Notes: generated from the sequence alone by a model not told the origin. A DNA stretch of 64,000 nt from Podarcis muralis (GCF_964188315.1 NC_135666.1:59954001-60018000), one strand, 5' to 3'; shown: positions 10,177 to 23,263, numbered from the stretch's first letter. Program-made: numbers and translations.

Positions 10177-12048
10177 AATTATGCATGAAAAAAAAAAATA
10201 GATAGTAAGACAGTGTTGAGTGGAAGCAGGCCTACGAATGCCAGGTATTTTTGATCACCTGAATGGAAGAAGGATACATTTTATAGACTGATCTCTGCCC
10301 TCCCCCCATTACACTTGATGTATTTGTAGGAATGAAAGAAGGGCAATAGTGGGTAGAAGCAATACTACACAGATGATGATGAGCCAAATAGGTCAGTTTC
10401 TGCTCTCATGTACACCCACGCAATTCTTCAGCTTCCAGGGATACGCTCTTCGTCTGTAGGGTTTTGATTAAAATTATTAATGTAGCTTTTGATATCTGTG
10501 CCGACTTTTTCCCTTCAGATTTAGAGCATTATAAATAATAAACGATGCCTGTGTATATCTTGCATGCTTATAACATCTCTATTCACACTGCAGGGCTTGC
10601 AGATTTGGAATGTGCAACACCCATCACTTGTGCTTTGTTCTTGATCAAGGAGGTTGTCGGGAAGAGAATTTAGAGTTTCAGAATCAACTTTGAAGTGTCA
10701 GAGGAATTACAATTAAGATTCTGCTACACTGACACCACCCATAATAAGCTTGTTTTCCCAGTTTATGAAAACGGAGAAGCTTGTCACTTTGGGCTAATTA
10801 AAAGCTACGGACTGGTGGAATTTGCTTCATCCTATATATTTTCTATTTTGCTTATTTTCAAACTTTATGCCTTCAGGGAACCCTTTCTGCATTTACTCAA
10901 CTTCCAGGAACCTCTGCATGCCTGCCACAGAATCCCAGCACCTTCTTATTTTATGTACGGGGTCTGTTGTACGGGTTCACAGTTGCAGAGTGAGGCCAAG
11001 AACACATCCAACTTGCAGGTGTGCATTGAAGGAGAAGATGAGTGGCAGTGAGAAGCATGTCCTCTATTACCGATTTTCTCATTGAGCAAACCCTGATAAG
11101 CAGCCAAGGAATCCACAAGATTCCCTGGCGCATAGTTTGAAGACCAATTCTTTATAGTTCAGGTGGCCAGTCCATGACACAGACACCAAGCATTTGACAT
11201 CTTTGGGCAGAAGTACACCTACTCAGTCGTATCCTAGATTTTGCAGACTAAACAACTTGTGACCCACCAAACCAAAAGCCCACAAGAGCTTTAATATTTC
11301 TTTTGCTTGCCAGAAATTGCAAAAATTATTTTACAGGGGAGACTGTCAAGTACCTGGCAGCCCTCAGTATACAGCTGTTGAGCTGCATTTGATGCAGTGA
11401 AACGCAAGCTGTGCCATCCTTATCCTTGGTTAAATAAAGAAGACCCCTTAACAATGTAGAATGGAAATATACAAGCAGGAGAGCTGGAAGGCTTGCCTAG
11501 GACATAGAGTCAAAGACACTCTTTCCTGCATCTGCAATGATGCCGCACTCCTTGGTAAACCACTTCAAGGTACCTGGAAGATGCACATGTAGAGCAATGA
11601 GCCTCACAATGGAGCTCTCATACTTTGGAATGAAATTTGTTGCATGCTTGTGAAAAAAGTTTTGCTTACCTTACTACTCTGTTTATTTTGAATGGGTACT
11701 TTTTCAAGGCTTTCTACAAATTTATCCTGTAGCTAGATTAAGTTCTGGAATTAAGTTCTGGAATATTTACCTGAGAGTAAGTCTTACTGAAGTCACATTA
11801 GTGTTTGTGTGTAGGATTGTACTATAAGAGTATTTTAATACTTCTGCTGCTATGCAGAGAGGTATTACTCTCTCAATTTTGTCTCAGCCTGGAATTTCCA
11901 CTTCAACTGCAAAAAAATTAATCCTGTAGTTTATTGTAATGCTTTGAAGCTCAGGTGAGAATTAAAAGCATCTACCACAATAATTCTACTGTGCGTATTC
12001 TCCAAGTGGATGTGGGTGGGGCTACTGAATGTTAACTTATAAGAAAAA

Positions 12049-12240
12049 ACAAAAAAAATTCCTTGCAGTAGCACCTTAAAGACCAACTAAGTTAGTTCTT
12101 GGTATGAGCTTTCGTGTGCATGCACACTTCTTCAGATACACAAAGCTCATACCAAGAACTAACTTAGTTGGTCTTTAAGGTGCTACTGCAAGGAATTTTT
12201 TTTGTTTTGACTATGGCAGACCAACACGGCTACCCATCTG
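12049..12240. mobile_element. Penelope-like element (PLE) terminal fragment with inverted pLTR arms
   Basis: 12-bp TSD TTATAAGAAAAA (12037-12048, 12241-12252); perfect 67-bp inverted arms 12046-12112 / 12142-12208; TTGGTCTTTAAGGTGCTACT and GCAGACCAACACGGCTAC motifs typical of reptile PLE termini. Confidence 0.85.
12102..12139 (-). ncRNA. Minimal type I hammerhead ribozyme (PLE-type)
   Basis: Minus strand GUAU-CUGAAGA-A-GUGUGC-AU-GCACAC-GAA-AGCU-C-AUAC: conserved core, 6-bp stem II, palindromic AGCU stem III, UC cleavage site, stem I GUAU/AUAC. Confidence 0.8.
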
Positions 12241-13999
12241 TTATAAGAAAAAGTTGCTCATTCTATAGAATGCACTCCCTTTTTCATTCTGAAATATTGC
12301 CAAAATCAATATACAATTTTAAAATCCAAATATATTGCTTGTTTGAAGATTGGGAAAGTTGCCGCTAAGGGTTGGTTCCTGTTACAAGGTAGGCAATGGC
12401 GTCCAGCGCCGCTGCTCAGCCTCCGATAACAAACAGTCCCCCAAGGAACTGTTAGAGGTCAGGGGAGCAGGCAACCCACGCTGCAGGCCCCCAAGGCCTC
12501 TCAATGGAAGGCAATGCCTGGATTCTTTCCCCTTTCCGCTTGCAACAGCTGGATTGCTCAGAGCGAGTGATTCCAGCTCCCCGATCTCACTTGTGACAAC
12601 CTGGAAGTCTCGAACATTTGATTTTTTCAACAGGTTTTACTATTCCAGATCTAATAAGTTGCTCAGTGTAAAGAACATAGTGAAACAGTATTGTCCTGGA
12701 CCTATGTTTAAAAGCAACTGGCATTTTCTGTCTCAGAAAAAGCACGTACCTCATAAGATGTTAATGAGCTCAGAAATGTTGAGTTTATATATGCATTCTC
12801 TCAGCACTTCTTGATTGATGTACCTGACGGAACAACTAGGGGACACTTATGCAGCTCTTCTTACATAGACTGGGACAGGTGTGCCAATTTCCTCCCACTC
12901 CCCAGGACATGAACATATACAGTAGGCCTGAAACTTAGGTGAGGGTTATATTCCGCGGATTGCGCCTAAAGCCAAAATCGCATATAGTTAAAGCACATTG
13001 GGTTCAGTCTTTCTGAGAAATACTGAGAAATACTTTTTCTTCTTGTCTCTTGTGCTATGCTGTACTCTAATTGAAAAATATGTGCAAAGTTTCATTATGG
13101 GCATCATCACTTGACTGCCACAAATAGATTGGATATTGGCTGGGTTTGATAGTTGGGTTACAATTTACTTTAAAGTGGGACACACTGGGTTGAACTCATT
13201 TTAAGAAAGATCTACAAATACGTATTGAGGCATTACTATGTTCTCTGTGTGTCAAAGCATAATAATATTTAAATATTTATTTTCCTGACAAACAATAAGA
13301 TTTAGTATTTTATACCACATTTACAAGTGTAGTCCAAGCCCAGCGTTCTAATTATGTGTAACAATTTCTGCAGCATTGGGCAGGGTGATCCTGTGCACCA
13401 ATTACACAGTGGGGTTATGGGAGAGATATGCTATCACTATGCTAGCAGAACAGTGCATGCTATCCTATGCTTTGCCTTGTGGGAGGGGAAATATACGGTT
13501 CAGGAAGTCCCAAAATGGCAGTAAAATGGCAGACACCCCACATATCCATAGAAACATTCAAAGCCCACCAGTGAAAGACTGTGCCAGTGATACTGCCCAC
13601 AGTGAGAGGGAACCACGGAACTCACAGCAGTGGGAACACACATGCAGCACATCTCCTTATGTTACAACACACAACGTGCAAAATGACACTATAGCTCCCC
13701 CATTCTACGAGCCTGTCCCCTTATGCTGCTCGCATGCAACATGCAAAGAGAAGGAGAGACCATGCAACATAATGGCCCAGTAGCTACCTGGGCATGAGAC
13801 CTACAAAGAGGACGCACACAGGGACCTTGGGACAAGGGTTTAAGACCCAAACAGGGAAGAAGAGTGTGTTAATAAGCACTGAGAACTATGGGACAGCCAC
13901 AGATGTGTGGCCTAAACTTAAATTGGCATCTGCCCAGCGCAGTAGTGGCCAGTATGGTGTGCAATAGCAATGGAGCTACCCTCCAAACATTGGTGCTGC

Positions 14000-14137
14000 T
14001 ACAGCTTACCTGGGCAGTACTGGGTGGGATGGCTCAGAGCAGTAGTGAGCTGTGTGGTGTACCAGCGGGTAGCTCTGCCAGTGTGTCCATGCAGCTCTGA
14101 CCATGTCCCTGCCCCAGCACTGCCCAGGTAAGCTGTA
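14000..14137. repeat. Fold-back inverted repeat (old MITE-like)
   Basis: TACAGCTTACCTGGGCAGTACTGGG (14000-14024) pairs with CCCAGCACTGCCCAGGTAAGCTGTA (14113-14137), 1 mismatch; inner ATGGCTCAGAGC/GCTCTGACCAT pairing. Confidence 0.6.
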
Positions 14138-15296
14138 ATGATGGTGGCATTGGGAGGGCAGATCTGATGCACTGTCCCATCACGTTGGTCACTACTGAGC
14201 CAACAACAATCATGAAATGAGAGGAACCATGGAAAGGGAGGGATGGAGTGAATCTGTTTGTTCTGAGTTTCATTGACTTGTTGGCAAAATGTGGAGGCCA
14301 CATGAAACTGCATTCTCCTGGAGACTACAGAGCAGTTTGTTTGTGTGCAGTGTTTGTCCCCAAGTGCTACTATGCAGTCGCTCTGCCATCATTTAGTTTC
14401 CTTCACATTACTGCTCTGCCACTAACTGGAATCTTTTGCTGTGGTGTGAAAACAAGCCACATGGCCGAAATATGGGGTGCCTGCTGCACATAAGCAGCTT
14501 GCTGTGGAGAGCAGCTGCAATACAAAGTAATTCCAGCCAACCTCTTTGCAAAGGAGTCTTCATGCCTTGTTGCCCTGGCACCCATTCTGTTTCCCTCCCT
14601 CCCTCCCATCTGTGATGGTGCTTCGTGGCTGCTACACAGGAGCAGATGGTGTAGAGCCAACTGTGGCAAGGTACTGTAGCTCAGCATTTGAGCACAATAA
14701 GGATTCAGCTGATACGCTTACCTCTGGCACAGTATTAATATGGAGCACAATTTTTTTTACCATCAATATAACTGCAGCCTAGGAATACCAAGCGCAGGAA
14801 AAGAGCTCAGCTGGCAAACACCAGTAATTTATATGAAGGTGACTCTGCATCACTTTGCAGGAACAGATGGTGCAGTTGGGCCAGGCAATAAAAGGAAAGA
14901 TGACTGCAAAAGGAGACAGACTAAGACACTAGTTTAGCTGCCAAAGGCTGGTTATGGGCCAAATAAAAGAATTAAATGGAATGTTATTTTGCTGATGAAA
15001 ATCCTGTGTTTCATTAATTCAGATTCAAAAGAGATGGACAATGTAAGTAACAGTCTTAAATATAACCAGCTAACGACAAATGGTTACCAATTATGTAATG
15101 TAGCTATCTGCAGTGTGCATTAAGGATGTAAGCAAAATTAAGGATGTAAACTGCATTTTGTGAGGTGGTTTCTGCTATGTTGCAGTCATGCATGGAGGTT
15201 TGGTCACTTCATTTTTATTTTCTAAAATGTTGATATATTGGATTCAACAAAAAATGGATTGTGCTTGTCAGTGACTCCCCTCTTTCCTTTTGACAG

Positions 15297-15621
15297 AATC
15301 TGTATCAGAACAGGTTCCTGGGCCTGGCTGCCATGGCATCGCCATCTAGGAACGCACAGAATCGGCGCCGGTGCAAAGAACCTCTGAGGTACAGCTACAA
15401 CCCAGACCAGTTCCACAACATGGACATTGGGAATGGTCCCCATGAGGCAGTCACTATTCCACGCTCTACCAGTGACACAGACTTGGTCACCTCAGATAGC
15501 CGGTCTACACTCATGGTCAGCAGCTCCTATTATTCCATAGGACATTCACAGGACCTCGTGATTTACTGGGATATAAAGGAAGAAGTGGATGCTGGGGATT
15601 GGATCGGCATGTATCTCATTG
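15297..15621 (+). CDS. HECW1: HECW1 coding exon (325 bp): NLYQNRFLGLAAMASPSRN...WDIKEEVDAGDWIGMYLI
   Basis: Translation matches the HECW1/NEDL1 N-terminus; tttgacag| acceptor and G|gtaagt donor. Confidence 0.97.
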
Positions 15622-17698
15622 GTAAGTCAGTCCCACCCTTAGGATTTAAAAAAATATATTTGCAAATATGAAGTGTATCTAAAGTGGGCCAGCACCAAGC
15701 TAAACCTAACTCACACCCCCGTGTGTTTTGAAGTACTCCACCCCCACACCGACCCAAACCTGCAAAACAAAGTTGGCCACAACAGGAGGTCTATTGAACT
15801 CCTGTAGGGCTCCCTTCAAACTGATGAGTGAATGACTCGCTCTAATTACCAAATAAGCATGTGTATTTGAATCCCATGGAATTCAATGAGACTTACTTAA
15901 ATATGCTGTCCTTCATGCCATATTAATAGTGATTTTCTTCGAAGAGCCAACATAGCTCAGTGACTAAGGCGGGCTTGATAAGATGGGTTCACATGTGAAG
16001 CCAAATACATACATTATGGAAGTTCCCCTCCCCCCCAAAAAATGTTAGGGGTACTCTCATTTTCCTACTCATACTGAAATACTGCCCCTCAATGAGGCCA
16101 AACTTAGATTCACAAAATGTTTAGGGGTATGCGTACCTCTGCGTCCCCCCACAAAAAAAGCACTGCATTATGGTCTTTCAAGATCTGCTTCCCCACCTGT
16201 AAAATGGAAGTAAGTGTGTCCTTATAAGAATGAATTGTAAGACAAGCACACTGTGTTTTAAGGACAAATGCTATAAAAAGAGTTCGCAATAAAAGGCTGC
16301 AAATGCTTGCTAGGCTCCCCTGTGCCACTGCCCTTTTCTTCTTTTGCACAAACAGCCATGTGCACTGCAATGTTCAATTCACAGTTGCTTATTTGTGACA
16401 GGGTGTTGTATCACACTCTAATGTCTACACTGAACACATCCTGGCAGTTCCTTGGGGAGGCACCAGGGAGGTGTTACCTGAGGCCTTGCCCTGTGACATC
16501 CAGCTTCTTTCCATCACCACCTCCTTCCTGGCTTTGACTTTCCTGGATCCCCTGTCCAGCCCTCCCTTCCTCCACAATTATAAGGTACCCTGAAGCCTCA
16601 CTGTCTACAGCTGTGTCTTGTCAGGCCCCACTGCAGGGAAGAGCAGTAGTATGTCTTGTCTGGCTACAGGCTTGTCTCACAGCCGTTCTCTACCAGCAAG
16701 GCCTGTTGACCAGGGTCCTGATCCTGCATCCATACAGGAGGGAAGCACAGGGGACAGTGGTGGGTGGTACTCCCCGGAAGTCCTTCACAAAGTTAAAGTC
16801 AAATACTACAGTGTTTGGGATTAATCTACCTCCTTCCTGTTTTCCAAACCAGAAGTGGGGAACAGGTTCTGTTCTTCTGGAGGTCAGTGAGGTCTAGAGA
16901 TCCTTCTTAGCACTTAGGCATGTAAGGAGAAAATATCTGTGGCTCCTTGTCCTAATTGGGCTAAATCATAGTAAATAGAAAGAATGAGAATAAATCCGGT
17001 GGTGTGGTAAAATGGTGGAGTTTGTTTCCTTCCTGCTAGTGCAGAGGGTTGGGTGAGGAGTTAACTCTGCAGCCGTTTTGAGAAATCTCCAGACTGCTGC
17101 TATTCCTAGGTCACTTGCTTGCTTATATAGAGATTTAGCAGGCACCTTCAGTGCCAACTTTTAAATGCCTGCTGAAAACTTTCTATTCTGCTAGGCTGGT
17201 GCAGGCATCCTTAAGAAGGCATCCTTCCACAATGGTTGACTTCTCTTTTTAACTTTTGTTAATGTTTTGTATTTTATGATTTTATTGCTGTAAACAGATT
17301 TGATATCTCTTTATGACATAGTGGTATACAAATATTTTTATAAATATTATAAATATCCCACATTTCCATTCACTCTTCAGTCCTCAAGGTGGCTTAATAA
17401 TGCAAAAATTCAATACCTCTTTTACATATAGTAAGGAAAACTCTTTAAAACCAATTCCAAACAATACCTAACCAAACAAGGGCTATCAGAGACCTAGCAA
17501 TGCTACAAGAATGGGGTGCCAGCACTGAAAACCTCATCCTGCTTATGGATGCTAATCTTTCTTCAACTAAGGAAGGTGCAAGACCCTGTCAGATTATTTA
17601 AGAGCCTGAGGAAGTTCACATTGGAATAACTATTATTTATTCATTATTTTGATAGAGAATTTCCAAGTCACCACGCAAGACAACCTGTAGGTGATTTA

Positions 17699-18080
17699 CC
17701 ATACTTTTCGGTGTATAAGACAAACTTTTTTTAACTCTAAAATAATGTTAAAAAACGGGGGTCATCTTATACATGGATAGTGCACAGGGGGGACGGGTGA
17801 TTGGTGACTGCATCAAGGGCTGCTTTGGATTGGCTGCTTCTGTGATAATTTGGTGTGTGAATGGTTGCTGTGGCAAGGGCTGCTGTGGGTTGGCTGCTGC
17901 TGTGGCAATTAGTCATGCGATTGCCGGCTGCTGTTGGCGAGTGGGCAGGCGCTTGTTGGCTTATCTGACACGAGCGATTGTCAGTGTTTGTTCGCTGGGT
18001 TTGTGATTTTCTACAATTCCCCCCAAAAGCTCTGGGCATTCCTCCCCCAAATAGTGTATAAAAATACAAAAGAGAAAAAG
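17699..18080. mobile_element. Degraded Tc2/pogo-type non-autonomous DNA element
   Basis: TA|CCATACTTTTCGGTGTATAAGAC left end resembles CCGTATTTTTCG termini; internal GGCTGCTGTGG/GATTGG repeats; right end poorly defined. Confidence 0.45.
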
Positions 18081-18547
18081 AAAGAGAAAGAAAGAAAGAC
18101 TCTATAATACTTGTCCCATACAAAACTATAAAAGTGAAATTATTATTCTACTACATTTACATTTATTTCTATATTGATATATTGTACTATATTCTTTATA
18201 AATGCATTCCAAATGTCATTATATTTGGTATACACCATCTGTGTCTATAAGCTGTCTGTATTTTGCAAGAGTTGTCATATCTTCTATCCATTGATTAAAG
18301 GGCACCACAAATTTATCTTTCCAGTGGATCAATATCAATATTTTAGTCACAGTGAGGGTGTGAATAAAGGTGTTTTCTTGGTGCTGAAAATATTGTAAAG
18401 TGGTTGCCAGATGGAAGGAAGAGTACTAGAAGCAATTCTGGTCCCAAACTGTGTGTGTAGGGATTTAAAGATCAAAATCAGCACATTTAAATTCAGCTCA
18501 AAAACCAATCAGCAGTCGGTTTAACTCTCTAAGCACTAAGCACTGGA

Positions 18548-18683
18548 CAGGGGTAGCCGAAGTGGTGCCCTCCATATGTTGTCGGACTGCAACTCCCATC
18601 AGCTCTAGCCAGCATAGCTGATGACCAGGGATTGAGAGTTATAGCCCAGCAATACCCAGAGGTGACTGCACTGACTACCTCTG
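18548..18683. mobile_element. Old hAT-type MITE
   Basis: CAGGGGTAGCC ... GACTACCTCTG imperfect TIRs; internal ACTGCAACTCCCATCA motif like the 24772 MITE. Confidence 0.5.
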
Positions 18684-19438
18684 GCTTAGGCAAGTAACTC
18701 AGCTGCAATTTGGACCAACTGAAGTTTTCAAACTGCTTTCAAGGCAGCCAGTGCAGCGCATTTTAGTAGCTGAAAGCTTGCTGTCACATATTCTGTTGTT
18801 AGGAAGGATATTGTGCAAGTTGGCCCTGAGTTTATTGCAGGATAAGACACAGTATGTAAGATAAAGCGTATAAAAACCAGTACCCATTGCTGTATGTGGG
18901 ATGGTTGTCTCATAGAGTGCTTCCTTGCCTTGTCTTTTGTTACATGGCACCACAACCTTCTTCAAAACAGGGGGAAATGTTTGAAGTGTAGATTGCCATT
19001 GTGATTTGTCTTTTTGTGCCTTTAACTCTGGGTCTCTGATATCAGTGTGACGCTGTCAGCATTCCTTTATGCATCCCTAGAAGAGTTAGTGAGTCAGCCT
19101 GCAGCACATTTTCTTACTGTTAGCTGCTGCATCTACACAAGTTTGCTCAAGAGTGAGTGTGGACTCTGGATTGACGTGTGTTAGGCTCTAAAGTCTCTTC
19201 TTACTTTAAAGAACTGAGGGATAATCAATGGTATGATATTTGGAAATTGCAAACAATAGTGAAACTTGCCAGTTTATCTGATCCAGAGAACAAATGGAGA
19301 GTGTTTCTCATTAACGTATTGAAATCCTTCTAACAATATTGCAATATATCCTTCCCACTCCTGGTGAAATATGAGGCCTGTCTTTTTTCAATATGGGCAG
19401 GGTATAAATAAAGTAATATTTAATATTTCTTACTATTA

Positions 19439-19440
<2 letters not shown>

Positions 19441-19491
<51 letters not shown>

Positions 19492-21570
19492 TTATACCCT
19501 CCCTTTTCCCTGACAGGCTGCTTAAATCTAAAAACAAGCACTGCAAAGAATATAGAAAAATCAATCATTAAAGTTAAACACTGAGAGAGAACAATAAACA
19601 TATATGAATTTTTTTAAAAAAACATACCAATAATTACAATAAAACAGCATGGCACCAACCCTTTCATTAAAAGCAGTCAATTCCCAATAGCTTGTTGGAA
19701 CAAGGTCTTCACTGCCAGCAGAAGGACAGCAGGGAGCAAGCCAGTCTGGCTTCTCCAGGGCAGTATGGGAGCAGCTCCCGAGAAGACCCTCTCCTGCAAC
19801 AGCACCAAATGGGCCTAGGAGGTGGTAATAATAATAATAATAATAAATTTTATTTATATCCCGCCCTCCCCAGCTGAAGCCGGGCTCAGGGCGGCTAACA
19901 ACAATAAAACAGTACAAAAGTACAGCATAAACAACATTCTAAAATCATTCATTATAAAATTAATTAAATCAAGCCACTGGCAGCCATTGGGCCAGAGCTC
20001 CACGAAGATTGCCGAAGGAGGGAGTCAGGCTGTGCCCTTGCCAAAGGCCTGGTGGAACAGCTCTGTCTTGCAGGCCCTGCAGAAAGATTTCAAGTCCCGC
20101 AGGGCCCTGGTCTCTTGTGACAGAGTGTTCCACCAAATCGGAGCCACAGCCGAAAAAGCCCTGGCTCTAGTTGAGGCCAGCCTAACTTCTCTGTGGCCTG
20201 GGACCTTCAAGATGTTTTTATTTGAAGACCGTAGGTTTCTCTGTGGGGCATACCAGGAGAGGCGGTCCCGTAGGTATGAGGGTCCTGGCCGTATAGGGTT
20301 TTAAAGGTTAAAACCAGCACCTTAAACCTGATCCTGTACTCCACCGGGAGCCAGTGCAGCTGGTATAGCACCGGGTGAATGTGATCTCGCAGCGAAGACC
20401 CCGTAAGGAGTCTCGCTGCAGCATTCTGCACCCGCTGGAGTTTCTGGGTCAGTCTCAAGGGCAGCCCCACGTAGAGCGAGTTACAATAATCCAGTCTGGA
20501 GGTGACCGTCACGTGGATCACAGTGGCTAGGTCAGGGCGAGAGAGGTAAGGAGCCAACTGCTTAGCTTGGCGGAGATGGAAAAATGCCGCCTTTGTTATA
20601 GCTGCAATCTGCGCCTCCATGGAAAGGGAGGTGTCGAAGATTACACCCAAACTCTTAACGGACGGTGCTGGCACTAATTGCGCCCCCGCAAGAGATGGGA
20701 GTTGCCCCCCCCCCCAATCCCATATCGCCCCGTCCCAGCCACAGGACCTCTGTCTTCGAAGGATTTAGCTTCAACCGGCTCCCACGTAACCATCCAGCCA
20801 CAGCTTCCAAACATCTGGTCAGTGTGTCTGGGGCCGAGTCAGGATGGCCATCCATCAACAGATAGAGTTGGGTGTCATCGGCATACTGATGGCAACCCAG
20901 CCCAAAACTCCGAACAAGCTGGGCGAGGGGGCGCATAAAGATGTTGAAAAGCATCGGGGAGAGTATCGCACCCTGCGGCACTCCACACACCAAGGAGTGG
21001 CGCGATGACAATTCCCCCCCAAGCGCCACCCTCTGTCCCAAATCTCAAAACCTGGGCAGGTTCCTATGAGGGAATATGGTCTTTCAGATAGCTTGGACCT
21101 AGGCCATGTTGGCCTTTATAGGTCATAACCAGCACTTTGAATTGTGCATGGAAACAGACCAATAGCCAGTGAAGCTGTTGTAGCAGCTGCAACCAATGAC
21201 CAGCCCCAATAATTGTAGGCCAGTAACCAGCCCCAATCAACAGTTTAGCCCGTTGATGTTTCTGAGCACTTTTCAAAGGCAGCCCCATGTAGAGTGAATT
21301 ACATTAAGCAGGGTGTAACTAAGGTGTGTGTCTCTGTGGCCAAATCAGGCATCTCAAGGAACAGGTGCAGCTGGTGAACTAGCTTTAACTCCTGGCCACC
21401 ACAGAGACCTGGACATCCAAACTCAGGACTGAATTCACAAGTACACCTAAACTGCGTATTTGAGGGAGTGCTACACCATCCAGCACAAACGGAATCCCCA
21501 GTCCCTGTTCTGCCTTTGTTTTATTCAAATGAGAAGATTTTGAATCAAAAGGGAAAGGGCTAAGCAATCA
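19441..21570 (-). mobile_element. Older L2 fragment split by a younger L2 (pieces ~19441-19826 and ~21042-21570)
   Basis: (TTA)n tail and L2-like 3' end at 19441-19530; decayed RT C-terminus (LDGVALPQIRSLGVLV) near 21400-21500. Confidence 0.65.
19827..21041 (-). mobile_element. 5'-truncated L2 LINE (RT C-terminal half), frameshifted
   Basis: GVPQGAILSPMLFNIFM, YADDTQLY, VKSLGVIFD, SRLDYCNSL, LQRVQNAAARLL; (TAT)n tail; frameshift near the poly-C at 20704-20715. Confidence 0.93.
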
Positions 21571-23263
21571 TTCTGCTTTGCCAGAATGCTCAAAATAGTA
21601 GCTAGTTCTGTTGGGCAGAACAAAAAAAAATGCCCAAATTCCAGCTGTTGTTTTAAGTTCCACTCTCCCTAAATGTACTCAGATAATTTAACTTGGGTCA
21701 CAAAGGCCTTTACATGAAGTCCAGAACATAGGCTAGACTTTCATTGCCTGAGTCCTTGATTTCATGTGAGGGTAATATTGCACAGTGCTTATTGATATAC
21801 ATTAGGCTTTCTTCTTCACTATCCTTCTGGGAAAACCAAAACATTTTAAAAAGTTGTCTGATAAAAGTTCATTATGCACAAAACCTCTAGGGTCCAATTT
21901 CTAGGCTGTATTTGTTCTTCTTCTTTATTATTCAACCATTTCTTTTAAGTTTATATCAAAAATATTTTTGACCTAATTAGCTGAAACTCTGCTTTAAAAG
22001 CCACATGCTTCTTTCTTTTCTCTTTTGCCTTTAATTTTATTTCCCCTCCTAAAAGGCAAAAATCTCTAATGCTATATGTAATTCCGGCAAGATTCTAATT
22101 AGTGAAGTTTCTCTCAATATACTTCTGAGTTTATCCTGACTTTCTGACTGCTTTAGTTTATTCCTTGCATGAGGATTTTATTCCAAGTCCATTGATTCAC
22201 AATCAAAGCACATGAAAAAAAGAATAGCTTTGGACCAAGCTGCATTTGTTGTGTGTAGGGGCACAGCATATACTATCTTATAGCTCTGGTATATAACTGC
22301 GATTTTTGACTAGCCTTCCCACATGAACATGCCTGCCATGGAACAACTGTGTATTTCAGAGGATCTCGGAAGTATGCTCGGAAGTGCATCTTTGGCTCAC
22401 ATGTAGGATAGCCAGACCTCTTGGGCTTGCCATTCTTCCACTTGAACTGAGAGTGGGCACTGGAATGTATCCAGCGTTCTCAGTATGGCTGCCCATTGTA
22501 AGAGAAGGTTGGTTGTGATTAGGGGAGGCCCATCCCATTTCTCTGCCTGAGGCAAAACGGGAAAGCCTTACTCACTGGGGTTGCATAGCTGCAGCTTTTG
22601 GGTTCCAGCAAGATCTCACAGGAAGCTGGAAGCCACTTCTCCAGCGTTGGGATGGGGTGGGTAGCACCCACAGCAACTCCAGAGAAGTTAGAAGAAGCAG
22701 TGATGATGGCAAGATCTCACAAGAGCTCACTGGAAGCTGCTGCCACCGCTTCTCCTTGTTTGTCCAGTGGTAGGGGTGGGCTGCCCCTTGGGATTTCGCC
22801 TCTGTCCGCTTCGTGGTGGGCCAGCCTTTGTTCTGGTACTCAGCCTAGCCCCATTCATGTCAAGGGACATAACGTGATTTCTGGGAAGTTGGGCTGCACT
22901 CTTGGCCACAGCCCTGGGCATCAGGCATGCTTTGGCCTCCACCCTCAGACAACCAGAGGTTGTCATGGTCTGTCTGCAGTGAAGAAGTCTGGAAGCAGCT
23001 AGTTGTGCACAGGCGTCTATGCAATTGGTACTCTTGTGCCTTGCTCCTTTCTAAATGTATAACGCTGCCTTCATGCATGCAGGGGGTTACTGACTTTTAT
23101 AGAAGCTTGTCTGCTATTAGTAATTTTCTCACTGATTTACTCCTGAGAAATTTCCAAGGAAGTTTCCAGAGTTTCTCTGAAACACAGTTTGAAAACTACT
23201 GATGTGTAGCATTACCTTCATTCCTTATGCCTGTGTTCAGCCTCCATATAGATAAAGCATAAG

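Larger units (their letters stand above)
3689..10198 (+). mobile_element. Full-length L1-clade LINE, both ORFs intact
   Basis: TSD (T)AGATAGTAAGACAGTG at 3672-3688 and 10199-10215; ~1.5 kb CpG-rich 5'UTR; ORF1, 66-nt spacer, ORF2; AATAAA at 10171 and an 11-A tail (10188-10198). Confidence 0.97.

Noticed and set aside
12400-12430. CCAGCGCC in a CpG-richer patch as a REST/RE1 site
   Set aside because: The left half-site TCAGCACC is absent at the required spacing.
19311-19601. ORF with a poly-Ile run (also 24070-24330)
   Set aside because: Translation of (TTA)n and (GAT)n microsatellites.
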